Part shown: one piece after another, positions 28,395 to 36,125 of the stretch | Layout: every line of letters starts with the position of its first letter | Numbering within the stretch: position 1 is the stretch's first letter | IMG/VR virus record: IMGVR_UViG_2529292751_000001 | Location: 61,735 to 125,734 of that record | Strand: one strand, 5' to 3' | Length of the DNA stretch: 64,000 bases | DNA from: a virus | Taxonomy: Duplodnaviria; Heunggongvirae; Uroviricota; Caudoviricetes | Notes under the pieces: generated by a model | Database searches by the model: none | Told to the model about the DNA's origin: nothing | The model's input: the letters and a program-made list of their open reading frames with translations, nothing else | Position numbers and translations under genes: made by a program

Positions 28395-28412
28395 AAGCAA
28401 AAGATTTGCAAG
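28393..28412 (+). promoter_or_regulatory. conserved element, variant copy 15 (TTAAGCAAAAGATTTGCAAG)
   Basis: 16/20. Confidence 0.7.
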
Positions 28413-28450
28413 AGGAGGTGAGAAAAACAATAAAAGAAGAGGAGATTCAT

Positions 28451-28625
28451 TATGAAAGAAATGATTAAACAATGGGGGACAAGTGAGATTGTAGAGTTCC
28501 TAAATTCATATAATAGAGTTTTAGAAGTACATAAAGAGGTATCAGAGCCTTGGAAGGTATGGTACACAGTAGCAAGGCAAGAACTTGATAACAGAAATCC
28601 ATTAATAGCTATGCTATATAAGTAG
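28451..28625 (+). CDS. hypothetical small protein (57 aa)
   Basis: translated by eye; AGAGGAGATTCATT-ATG. Confidence 0.3.
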
Positions 28626-28634
28626 GAGGACGTT

Positions 28635-28913
28635 ATGAAACTAGAAATCTTAAATAATATGCTACATCAAAATTTAACATTAAATACAGGCGACTTAATA
28701 ATCGCTGAAAGACGCAATAAATACAGACACTATCAAATCATACAGGATGGAGAAAGTGGTGGGTATAAACTGCTTCACCTTGAGAGTATGACGGTGTTAG
28801 CAACGTTTAATTCACACGAACCTAGTGATGCAGTAAAGTTTGTAAAAGAAGGACTTGCAATGAATATAGTGTCGGTTATTCGCTCAAAGAATATTAAGAT
28901 GGGGTTGGTATAG
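28635..28913 (+). CDS. hypothetical protein (92 aa)
   Basis: ORF track. Confidence 0.45.
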   Translation: MKLEILNNMLHQNLTLNTGDLIIAERRNKYRHYQIIQDGESGGYKLLHLESMTVLATFNSHEPSDAVKFVKEGLAMNIVSVIRSKNIKMGLV

Positions 28914-29230
28914 TGGGTAATCATAATGATATTATCGTAAACAAACCAAAATTAGATACGCATCAAATTCAGTCATTTGACGGAAGGGGCGTATGCGAAT
29001 ACGTTGCTCATAAGTTACGATGCGAGGCAGATGTTGTTGAAGATGTAATCATAGAGCATATGATGGTAGATAAGGAATATGGACTTGATGGCATGCTAGT
29101 AGAGTTGATAATCGAAGAAGAAGAATACTGTAACGATGAAGGCACTTATCATGCTATCAAAAGAGTTATTGCAGAAGACTTTGGTGGTCACATCAATATC
29201 AATTTCTTAAACAGTACAGCTTATATGTAG
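28913..29230 (+). CDS. hypothetical protein (105 aa)
   Basis: ORF track. Confidence 0.45.
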   Translation: MGNHNDIIVNKPKLDTHQIQSFDGRGVCEYVAHKLRCEADVVEDVIIEHMMVDKEYGLDGMLVELIIEEEEYCNDEGTYHAIKRVIAEDFGGHININFLNSTAYM

Positions 29231-29299
29231 AAACATCTATAATTTCATTTACCGTAAGGTTAATAATAGAAAAACAGTAAATAAATAGGGGGATTAGCG

Positions 29300-29557
29300 A
29301 TGGTGAAGGTTACGAGACAGATGTGTATGAAAAGTATGCGCCTTGATAGAAACGGTACTTTTATTGAAGGGAAGAAGTATTGGTGTAGACATTCAAGATT
29401 TGGAACTTCAATTTTGATGCTAAGTGAAGAGAAACAATGGATTAGAGTAATGGATTCCAAGATGACAACAGGCATTCAGCCCATATCTTACTTCACATCT
29501 ACCGATACATTCTTTGTAAAAGACAAGAAAGAACTAAACGAATTAATTCAAAACTAA
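29300..29557 (+). CDS. hypothetical protein (85 aa)
   Basis: ORF track. Confidence 0.4.
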   Translation: MVKVTRQMCMKSMRLDRNGTFIEGKKYWCRHSRFGTSILMLSEEKQWIRVMDSKMTTGIQPISYFTSTDTFFVKDKKELNELIQN

Positions 29558-29577
29558 TATAGCAGGAGGCATTTATT

Positions 29578-29943
29578 ATGTATACGAATATTGACAAGGT
29601 GATTGCAGAACGCGTTATGGGATGGAATCACAATGGTGAGTATCATACTTACTATGTTGCAGGTAGTAATTTAGAATTTTCGCCATCAACTGATATGAAT
29701 CATACTCTATTGGTAATGGAGAAGTTAAAGGAGCTTGGATTCAGCACATTACTTCGAGATTGCTCAAATGAAGATTGTGGGATAGTGAAAAGTAAAGAAG
29801 CTACTCGTGATGATTATTACTGTAGTATTAGCACTGGTAGTATATATAGTGAGAAATTTAGATTCAAGAGCATTGCTAAAACGCCTCAGATGGCTGTTTG
29901 CTTATCTGCATTAAAGGCAGTGGGAGTGATTGATAATGACTGA
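29578..29943 (+). CDS. hypothetical protein (121 aa)
   Basis: ORF track; AGGAGGCATTTATT-ATG. Confidence 0.45.
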   Translation: MYTNIDKVIAERVMGWNHNGEYHTYYVAGSNLEFSPSTDMNHTLLVMEKLKELGFSTLLRDCSNEDCGIVKSKEATRDDYYCSISTGSIYSEKFRFKSIAKTPQMAVCLSALKAVGVIDND

Positions 29944-30244
29944 AAGAGTTGTAGTTGTTGTGTTTGTAGAAAACAGCAAGCAAATGGAAAGTTATTTTAA
30001 ACTATTCAAGCTTATGGTAAAAGATAATATACAAAAAGCATATCTAAGTAAAAACACAGCGTTTATTGAAAGTGATAAATTCCACATTGGGTTTCATATA
30101 TTAGGTATTCATTCTCGTGGAATTAGAGCGCATTACGTTATTAACTTGGTTCAAAACAAGGATATGCATCATCAAATTGCGCTACCATCAACTGTTATCC
30201 ACTATTACCTAAAAGATGACCCTAAGTGGGCAGAGTTATTCTAG
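29930..30244 (+). CDS. hypothetical protein (104 aa)
   Basis: ORF track. Confidence 0.4.
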   Translation: MIMTERVVVVVFVENSKQMESYFKLFKLMVKDNIQKAYLSKNTAFIESDKFHIGFHILGIHSRGIRAHYVINLVQNKDMHHQIALPSTVIHYYLKDDPKWAELF

Positions 30245-30286
30245 TTAATAAAATCCATATTTTAATAACTATTAGGAGGAAATATC

Positions 30287-30523
30287 GTGAAGTCACGTAT
30301 TGAAGAATTGAGAGCGAATGGAATAGCTAGACGGTTAAATGAAACTGCTAAAAAACTAAATGTCGAATTTAGAGTTAAATACAATCTCTTTGATGATGAA
30401 GCCCTTGTCAGAATCAAAATGTGTGATAACGCATCTGAATTCGCAAACTATGCAAGTAATAAGATACTTGATAATGAACTTGCTAGAAGTGTTAGATTCA
30501 CCTACCCAAAACATCGATTATAA
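30287..30523 (+). CDS. hypothetical protein (78 aa), GTG start
   Basis: ORF track; AGGAGGAAATATC SD. Confidence 0.4.
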   Translation: MKSRIEELRANGIARRLNETAKKLNVEFRVKYNLFDDEALVRIKMCDNASEFANYASNKILDNELARSVRFTYPKHRL

Positions 30524-30540
30524 AATTGGAGGAAAACAAT

Positions 30541-30693
30541 ATGACAGTTGAAGAGCTTATTGAGGAACTAAAGCAGTTAAATCCTAAGGAAACGCCTTTC
30601 TGGGTTGATGAGTACGGAAATAAACGTATTATCAGCTCTGTATATGAAATTGATGGCGAGACAATGTTTGACTTAGATTACGAAGAAGAATAA
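30541..30693 (+). CDS. hypothetical small acidic protein (50 aa)
   Basis: translated by eye; TGGAGGAAAACAAT-ATG. Confidence 0.3.
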   Translation: MTVEELIEELKQLNPKETPFWVDEYGNKRIISSVYEIDGETMFDLDYEEE

Positions 30694-30704
30694 ATCAAAT
30701 TCCA

Positions 30705-30724
30705 TTAAACAAAAGTATTGCAAA
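30705..30724 (+). promoter_or_regulatory. conserved element, copy 16
   Basis: TTAAACAAAAGTATTGCAAA. Confidence 0.85.
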
Positions 30725-30750
30725 AAATAAACGAAAGAGGTATAATAACT

Positions 30751-31107
30751 ATGACAACAAAAGCTGAACTTAAAAGAGAGCAAATTTTAACACGATTACG
30801 TAACCGAGGAGAGGTTGGAGCTACTAATGCAGAGCTTTCACATATCTCATTACGATATGGGGCGCATCTTGGCACGTTATATCAATTAGGATACAAAATC
30901 GAGAAGGAATCTCTTGGAGAAGGTTTGTACCGCTACATCTTAAAAGAAGAGCCAGAAGAAGGATTTGCTAAGATGCCAAAAGCATTAGAAGCTCTAAAGC
31001 AAAAGTTATTAAATAACGGATATCCGTTCCTAGCTAAGAATATCGAGCTTATGCTAGATGATGCAGGAATTGCAGTAAAATACAAACCAAACACTTATAA
31101 CAACTAA
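30751..31107 (+). CDS. hypothetical protein, possible winged-helix (118 aa)
   Basis: ORF track 30718..31107 uses a TTG inside the motif; ATG at 30751 after GAAAGAGG preferred. Confidence 0.4.
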   Translation: MTTKAELKREQILTRLRNRGEVGATNAELSHISLRYGAHLGTLYQLGYKIEKESLGEGLYRYILKEEPEEGFAKMPKALEALKQKLLNNGYPFLAKNIELMLDDAGIAVKYKPNTYNN

Positions 31108-31123
31108 TCTGGAGGATGATAGT

Positions 31124-31402
31124 ATGAAACGCACTATGGATGATTTAACTAACTGTTTTAATGAAGCTAGTAAAGCAAATTCAAATTATGTATGTGTAGT
31201 AGTAAGCATGGCAGGATTCCCAAAAGAGGAACTTATCATTAATCAAAGAGAGAACTTTGAAGGCAAGCTAAAGTACTATCAAAACGTGTATGACAAAGGC
31301 TTAGACCATAAGCATGCCACAGGAGTTCGAATCATTGGATTCGCACATGGCAACACATTGAATCAGATTCACAAAGAGCTAGTTCTCAAAAACTTACTAT
31401 AA
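31124..31402 (+). CDS. hypothetical protein (92 aa)
   Basis: ORF track. Confidence 0.45.
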   Translation: MKRTMDDLTNCFNEASKANSNYVCVVVSMAGFPKEELIINQRENFEGKLKYYQNVYDKGLDHKHATGVRIIGFAHGNTLNQIHKELVLKNLL

Positions 31403-31419
31403 AACAAAAGTATTGCAGA
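31399..31419 (+). promoter_or_regulatory. conserved element, copy 17
   Basis: TATAAAACAAAAGTATTGCAGA. Confidence 0.85.
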
Positions 31420-31430
31420 AGAGGTGCAAC

Positions 31431-31571
31431 ATGTTTTCATTACTAGTGCTTATAGCGTTATTCATATCCCTTCTTGTAGGGGTATGGTATGCGCTAGGTA
31501 AATTAAACGTATTCGAGAAGGTCGGAAATTTCATTTTAAATCTAACAAATCTATTTAACGAAAAGGAGTAA
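31431..31571 (+). CDS. small membrane peptide (46 aa), possible NfeD-like partner of the SPFH protein
   Basis: translated by eye; one TM helix; immediately upstream of the SPFH gene. Confidence 0.35.
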   Translation: MFSLLVLIALFISLLVGVWYALGKLNVFEKVGNFILNLTNLFNEKE

Positions 31572-31577
31572 TCAATT

Positions 31578-32432
31578 ATGTTTAACGAAAAAGCAAAGTC
31601 ATCAGTAGCTAAAAAGGTAGGAGCGGTAGTAATTGCAGGAGGAATCTTAGTAGGCGGTATCGTAACAGCGATGTCAGTATCAGTGATTAATCAAGGTCAT
31701 GCAGGTGTTATCTACTCTCGCTCATCTGGTGTACAGGATGAGACGTTACGTGACGGATGGCACATGGTTAGTCCGTTCAAGCGTGTTACAGAATACCCAA
31801 TCGCAACATCAACAGTAGATGTTGACACATTTAAGGCACAAACGAAAGACGGTAAGGCTCTAGAAGTAAGTATGTCTTACGACTACTCAAATGATTTAGA
31901 CAAGCTACCTTATATCTATACTAAATTTAGAGGTCAAAAACCAGAATCAATTGAAGAAACTTGGCTACAAAAACGTATTAAGAAAGCTACATTAAACGTG
32001 TTTTCTCAATACTCAGTTCTAGATGTATTCCAAAAACAAGGTGAAATTAACGAAAAGATTGAGAAAGAATTTAAGTCGATGGTGTCTAAGCATGGATTTG
32101 AGGTTGATTCTGTAACAGTTAACTCTCCAGACCCAGATAAGAAGACTCGTCAAGCAATTCAAGGAGTAGTAGATGCTCAACAAGAACTTGAGAAATCTGA
32201 AATCAAGAAGAAGCAAGCTATCGTAGATGCAGATAAAAAAGTTGAAGAAGCTCGTGGTGAAGCTGAAGCAGAACGAGTTAAGGCTGAAGGTACTGCAAAA
32301 GCAAACGAATTACTTCGTCAATCATTAACTCCAGAAGTAATTCAGAACAAAACTATTGAGAAGTGGGACGGTAAATTACCACAGGTAACTGGTGGCTCAA
32401 CGCCAATGATTACAGTTCCACAAGCTAAGTAA
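31578..32432 (+). CDS. SPFH/band-7 (stomatin/prohibitin-like) membrane protein
   Basis: N-terminal TM helix plus SPFH-like core and coiled-coil C-terminus. Confidence 0.65.
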   Translation: MFNEKAKSSVAKKVGAVVIAGGILVGGIVTAMSVSVINQGHAGVIYSRSSGVQDETLRDGWHMVSPFKRVTEYPIATSTVDVDTFKAQTKDGKALEVSMSYDYSNDLDKLPYIYTKFRGQKPESIEETWLQKRIKKATLNVFSQYSVLDVFQKQGEINEKIEKEFKSMVSKHGFEVDSVTVNSPDPDKKTRQAIQGVVDAQQELEKSEIKKKQAIVDADKKVEEARGEAEAERVKAEGTAKANELLRQSLTPEVIQNKTIEKWDGKLPQVTGGSTPMITVPQAK

Positions 32433-32549
32433 TGAAGAAGAGAAATAAGAGCAAGGGGAGCGCCATTGGGGCGTTCTTCGAGCTTCTTGGAGTATTTTTA
32501 GAAGTTATATTCGAAGGATTATTCAAGATATTCGATTGAGGTGATTGAA

Positions 32550-32711
32550 TTGGAAGAAAAGACAGTGACAATGAGTCTTAATAAGCAGGAGATACTTATT
32601 ATCTCTAAAGCTTTGACTAAAGAGCAGTTATCGAAGATGCAATTTGACCCAGAGTTAGATGAGGTTACAACTAAGATGGCTGTATCATATATGGAATTAA
32701 CAAAAGAATAA
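32550..32711 (+). CDS. hypothetical small protein
   Basis: translated by eye; TTG or internal ATG start. Confidence 0.3.
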   Translation: MEEKTVTMSLNKQEILIISKALTKEQLSKMQFDPELDEVTTKMAVSYMELTKE

Positions 32712-32729
32712 AGAAGGGAGAGGAAGGCT

Positions 32730-33299
32730 CTGAAGCAGTTTTTAATACGCTATGATGAACTTCCTCCTTCTGTAAACAGCTACATTAAACCGAGTGCAAA
32801 GGTGATAGGTGGCAAGGCAATTGTACATATGTACGAAACGTCTCAAGCAAAGGATTTTAAAAAGAGATTTCAAGCTTATTTAAAGCGAGAGGTGGCTAAA
32901 CAGGGATGGGATAAATCATCCACTGCAGAAGGACACTTTTACTTGGATTGTGTATTTTATCAGTCTAGAACAAATCAAGATAATAATAACTACTATAAAA
33001 TACTGTGTGACGCACTTACTGGAATCGTAATTGAGGATGATAAGAACATTCTAATCCGCACTCAATGGGTTATGTATGATGCTAAAAATCCGCGATTTAT
33101 GGCTGTATTGCGACCAGTTGAATACAAAGGAATATTTAGAAATCATGAGTCCTATGGCAGATTCTTTGAGGACAACTGCTTTAATTGCAAGAAAGATAGC
33201 GAAAAATGTGCTATTCTTCGTAGGGCAAAGGAAGGTAGAATTCAAGAAGATATCGAACAGGATAGCAAAGGGTTTGTTTGTAAAAAGAGGAAGAGATAA
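32730..33299 (+). CDS. RusA-family Holliday junction resolvase, probable CTG start
   Basis: N-terminus ...YDELPPSVNSY and the DNNNYYKILCDALTGIVIEDD motif typical of RusA; frame open from 32712 with no ATG, GTG or TTG before the ORF-track GTG at 32802. Confidence 0.5.
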   Translation: MKQFLIRYDELPPSVNSYIKPSAKVIGGKAIVHMYETSQAKDFKKRFQAYLKREVAKQGWDKSSTAEGHFYLDCVFYQSRTNQDNNNYYKILCDALTGIVIEDDKNILIRTQWVMYDAKNPRFMAVLRPVEYKGIFRNHESYGRFFEDNCFNCKKDSEKCAILRRAKEGRIQEDIEQDSKGFVCKKRKR

Positions 33300-33316
33300 T
33301 CTTTCTCTTTTTTTTA
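33291..33316 (+). terminator. weak terminator (AAGAGA/TCTCTT plus T8)
   Basis: short hairpin plus T-run. Confidence 0.4.
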
Positions 33317-33326
33317 TCGACTATAG

Positions 33327-33355
33327 TTGATTCTTGTGTGTTAGTGTGATACTAT
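33327..33355 (+). promoter_or_regulatory. sigma-A promoter (TTGATT - 17 - TGaTACTAT) with TTAGTGTGAT in the spacer
   Basis: hexamers and spacing. Confidence 0.6.
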
Positions 33356-33389
33356 GTAATTAGAACATGAGGTTAGGAGAGGGTGATAA

Positions 33390-34433
33390 ATGGTAACAGA
33401 AATTGAGAAGATGCTTCTAATCGATAATAGAACCAAGAAGCGAATCGGTAGCAATATCTTCTCTCGTGCATCCACAAGAAAAGGTGGGACTAACCAAGCG
33501 TTAAGAACACCATATTTATATATGTCTACAAAAGAACGTAAGGCACTAAATGGGGAGGTCAAGAGATACAATATGAATGATATTATTTCTTACAAAGAGT
33601 TTAAAACAAAAGATTTACAAGAGAAAAGAAGGTTAATGAACCACTGGAGAGACAATTATAAAGTTGTTGAAATCAAGAAGCAAATGGGTGGAATCACTGA
33701 TTATATTTTCTACAAGATATTAGATGAGCTTGATATGAATAGAACTTCTTCTGGAGGAGGAGACACTAGAGAATTATTAGAGATATCACCAGAAGAGATT
33801 GAACAATATAAGAAAGAATTTATAGACTATGAAATGTTCAAACATCTCCCTAGAGAGACTCAGTATGAGCTATTTAATGCTTACTATGCTAAGACACCTG
33901 TTGTTAGCGAACTTGCTAGACAGTGGGAAGGCGCAGAGGCAGGTTATTTATATAATGTCAAAAGTAAGTGGATGAAATTTATTAAGGAGCAGAAGGTTGA
34001 AAAGGATGCTAAAGAAGATTCCAAATCAAAAGAGACTCTAGAAATCAAGAAAGAAAAACCTGTTGCTAAAGCAGATACAGATAGTTCTATCGAAGAGAAA
34101 TCCCCAGAATTATTCAAATTTGACCTTAAGCCAGAACCAGAGAAAGTAGAGACAAAAGTAGTTGAAGAAACCTCTGAAGAGGCAGTGTTATTAGAGAAAG
34201 GCGCGGAAGAATCGTCCGAACCAGTAGAAGAAGCTCCAGTAGAGAAGGTTGAAGAGAAAGAAATCAAAGAAGACAAGGAAGATAAGTCTTCTTCAAATAA
34301 GAATAAATTATCATTTGAGCTAAAAGGGAACTACAGCACAAAAGCTATTATGAAATGTCTTCAATTTACTTTGGAAACTCTAGAAGAAGAAGAATCATTG
34401 ACAGATATAGAAATCAAGGTTAAGAAGAAATAG
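33390..34433 (+). CDS. hypothetical HTH-containing protein with a long acidic E/K-rich low-complexity C-terminus (347 aa)
   Basis: LPRETQYELFNAYYAKTPVVSELARQW HTH-like segment; has its own early-type promoter. Confidence 0.45.
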   Translation: MVTEIEKMLLIDNRTKKRIGSNIFSRASTRKGGTNQALRTPYLYMSTKERKALNGEVKRYNMNDIISYKEFKTKDLQEKRRLMNHWRDNYKVVEIKKQMGGITDYIFYKILDELDMNRTSSGGGDTRELLEISPEEIEQYKKEFIDYEMFKHLPRETQYELFNAYYAKTPVVSELARQWEGAEAGYLYNVKSKWMKFIKEQKVEKDAKEDSKSKETLEIKKEKPVAKADTDSSIEEKSPELFKFDLKPEPEKVETKVVEETSEEAVLLEKGAEESSEPVEEAPVEKVEEKEIKEDKEDKSSSNKNKLSFELKGNYSTKAIMKCLQFTLETLEEEESLTDIEIKVKKK

Positions 34434-34442
34434 GGGATAGAT

Positions 34443-34871
34443 ATGGTTGAAATGCTGAAAATTAACTATGAAGAAAGTGTCAGAGTACACAAAGAGAATT
34501 TAAGAAGGATAGAGAAGAAGATGTGCTATAACAACGTCTTTAATGTGATGTCCTATGTTGATGACAAATTCCATAGTGGAGAATGGCGTGTAGCCTACGG
34601 TTATTGGACTGCAATAGATGGTATTATGGCTCGACACTGCTATATAGTTGATAAGGACAACAGAGTAATTGACCCTACAGCACCATTCTCTACTACTAAA
34701 GACATTAGGAATGTAGATTATCTTACGTTCAAGATATTTGAAGATGCTGACGAATATCTTGAACTTTTATGGGAGCATGACAGAGAGCCTGCCTTATACA
34801 AAGCTTTTCTAGAAGAAGAAAAGAAAGCTCATGAGTATGCTATGAAGAATAACTTAATCCTAATCCAGTAA
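34443..34871 (+). CDS. hypothetical protein (142 aa)
   Basis: ORF track. Confidence 0.45.
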   Translation: MVEMLKINYEESVRVHKENLRRIEKKMCYNNVFNVMSYVDDKFHSGEWRVAYGYWTAIDGIMARHCYIVDKDNRVIDPTAPFSTTKDIRNVDYLTFKIFEDADEYLELLWEHDREPALYKAFLEEEKKAHEYAMKNNLILIQ

Positions 34872-34921
34872 GTAGCATCTGTAGCTATCAATGTCATGAA
34901 GCCTATTGTATAAGAATTGGC

Positions 34922-34972
34922 TTTGTGACATAATATGGTTACAGATATACTATACAGTATATACTGTTACCA
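34922..34972 (+). promoter_or_regulatory. promoter/operator region of the TA module: direct repeats ACAGATATACT / ACAGTATATACT within the inverted repeat GGTTACAG...CTGTTACC
   Basis: repeats read directly from the sequence, upstream of the antitoxin SD. Confidence 0.5.
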
Positions 34973-34998
34973 TTAGAGACACTAAGGAGGATACGAGT

Positions 34999-35166
34999 AT
35001 GAGTAGCAAAAAGAGAGTACTCAATCCAGTAGAAATTAAAAAAGATGTAGATTACATTCCACTAGGAAGAGCATTCGATTTCTGGAACAACGAGGGAGAC
35101 GATATTTATGACGAAGTCTATGGGGAAGACAGTGAAGCAGGGCGAGGTATGGATAGCAAACGTTAA
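34999..35166 (+). CDS. putative antitoxin (55 aa)
   Basis: AAGGAGGATACGAGT-ATG; overlaps the toxin start; ORF track extends it upstream to 34906. Confidence 0.45.
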   Translation: MSSKKRVLNPVEIKKDVDYIPLGRAFDFWNNEGDDIYDEVYGEDSEAGRGMDSKR

Positions 35167-35452
35167 GTTCGTCCAAGATAATCAAACTAAAGTCAGACCA
35201 GTCTTGGCAATAAGCTTAGAAATCGATGGGGATGACGATGTTGTCGTCCTCCCTGTCACTTCTCAGAATCCAAGAAATGACTACGATGTAGAAGTTTCGG
35301 ATTACAAAGGGACTGGATTGTTAAAACAACCATCATACATAAGAACATCAAAGCCATTAACAATCGAAAAGAGAGAGCTTAAAAGAAAAATAGGCGAAAT
35401 CAAAGATGTTGACCTAGCGAACGCATTGGAAAAGTTTCGTTCATTATTTTAA
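35108..35452 (+). CDS. MazF/PemK-family endoribonuclease toxin
   Basis: GEVWIANV...VRPVLAIS...VVLPVTSQ typical of PemK/MazF; start at 35108 or 35120. Confidence 0.65.
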   Translation: MTKSMGKTVKQGEVWIANVKFVQDNQTKVRPVLAISLEIDGDDDVVVLPVTSQNPRNDYDVEVSDYKGTGLLKQPSYIRTSKPLTIEKRELKRKIGEIKDVDLANALEKFRSLF

Positions 35453-35457
35453 GCAGA

Positions 35458-35500
35458 AAAGATGGAAGATTCATAGTCTTTCATCTTTTTATTTTTCTCT
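35458..35500 (+). terminator. Rho-independent terminator
   Basis: AAGATGGAAG...CTTTCATCTT plus TTTTTATTTTT. Confidence 0.55.
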
Positions 35501-35501
35501 G

Positions 35502-35605
35502 ATATCTCAAAAGACAAGTATTCTCTACTCTATGAGATATGATACCAATTTCATAATTATACTTAATATCTCATAAATATAAGTAATGTAGTCTCTATGA
35601 GATGG
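35502..35605. repeat. four copies of the 9-mer ATATCTCAT in alternating orientation at ~30-35 bp spacing (35502, 35532, 35566, 35598), including the 11-mer CTCTATGAGAT twice
   Basis: read directly from the sequence; region is non-coding and bounded by terminators. Confidence 0.7.
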
Positions 35606-35675
35606 GATTTTCTTACATTTTACAACTGCCGATAATAAAGGTTATGTAAACTAACTAAAAGTAAGTAGGTAAATA

Positions 35676-35716
35676 AAGCAAAACCCTCCTGCATGAACAG
35701 GAAGGCTGTTTTGGGA
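35676..35716. terminator. bidirectional terminator (CCCTCCTG/CAGGAAGG stem flanked by A-run and T-run)
   Basis: hairpin with U-tracts on both strands. Confidence 0.55.
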
Positions 35717-35778
35717 TTCTGTATATTTTGTTGTATATTTGTTATGTAGATTTTATATAGCTATATGCTACCAGAGCG

Positions 35779-35807
35779 TCCTCTGGTGTATCGATACTCC
35801 CCTATTG
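35779..35807. repeat. two adjacent palindromes (ACCAGAG..CTCTGGT and GTATCGATAC)
   Basis: read directly from the sequence. Confidence 0.6.
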
Positions 35808-35835
35808 TACTAAATGAGAGAGCTAATATCAATAT

Positions 35836-35997
35836 CTAATTTTTAGTTGCTTTCTTAGCAATATTATTAAATTTCTTAACTTCCTCAATATTCAAATCTT
35901 TTAGTTCTACATCTCTAACAGAACCATCCGTATATATTCCTACAGGTATAAGATGACCTTTCTCATCTTTTCTTGCTCCGATAGTTACTCTAATCAT
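35836..35997 (-). CDS. hypothetical small protein (53 aa), divergent from the Xre gene
   Basis: translated by eye; GGAGAGGTGAAGTATAA-ATG on the minus strand. Confidence 0.4.
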   Translation of the reverse strand: MIRVTIGARKDEKGHLIPVGIYTDGSVRDVELKDLNIEEVKKFNNIAKKATKN

Positions 35998-36051
35998 TTA
36001 TACTTCACCTCTCCTCATTTTATATAATAGCAAAAAATAGCCCCGCTCACT

Positions 36052-36093
36052 AACTTAACTTTTCTTGACCGATTGGTTAAGTTTTGTTAAGAT
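36052..36093 (+). promoter_or_regulatory. promoter (TTGACC - 17 - TAAGAT) bracketed by the 8-bp inverted repeat AACTTAAC/GTTAAGTT plus a third GTTAAG half-site; candidate Xre operator
   Basis: read directly from the sequence. Confidence 0.45.
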
Positions 36094-36125
36094 AGCCTTA
36101 CTATATTTTACAAAGGAGAATCTAC

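Noticed and set aside
3217-30747. The element as nothing more than a sigma-A -35 (TTGCAG/TTGCAA) with upstream A-tract
   Set aside because: A suitably spaced -10 follows only at 3217, 30719 and 43717. At most copies no -10 hexamer lies 16-18 nt downstream. At 22317, 27226 and 57725 the element lies downstream of an independent promoter.
846-30751. N-terminal extensions of several ORF-track calls (846, 8142, 19628, 19958, 22330, 27239, 30718, 34906, 36480, 36941, 40125 minus)
   Set aside because: These start at TTG or ATG codons inside the conserved element or upstream of it or of a promoter. A canonical SD-ATG lies just downstream in each case, and starts were trimmed accordingly.
30719-30753. 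Leaderless mRNA for the gene at 30751 from a TTGCAA-17-TATAAT arrangement
   Set aside because: A normal SD (GAAAGAGG) is present 10 nt before the ATG, and the TATAAT lies within the AT-rich spacer. Probably coincidental.
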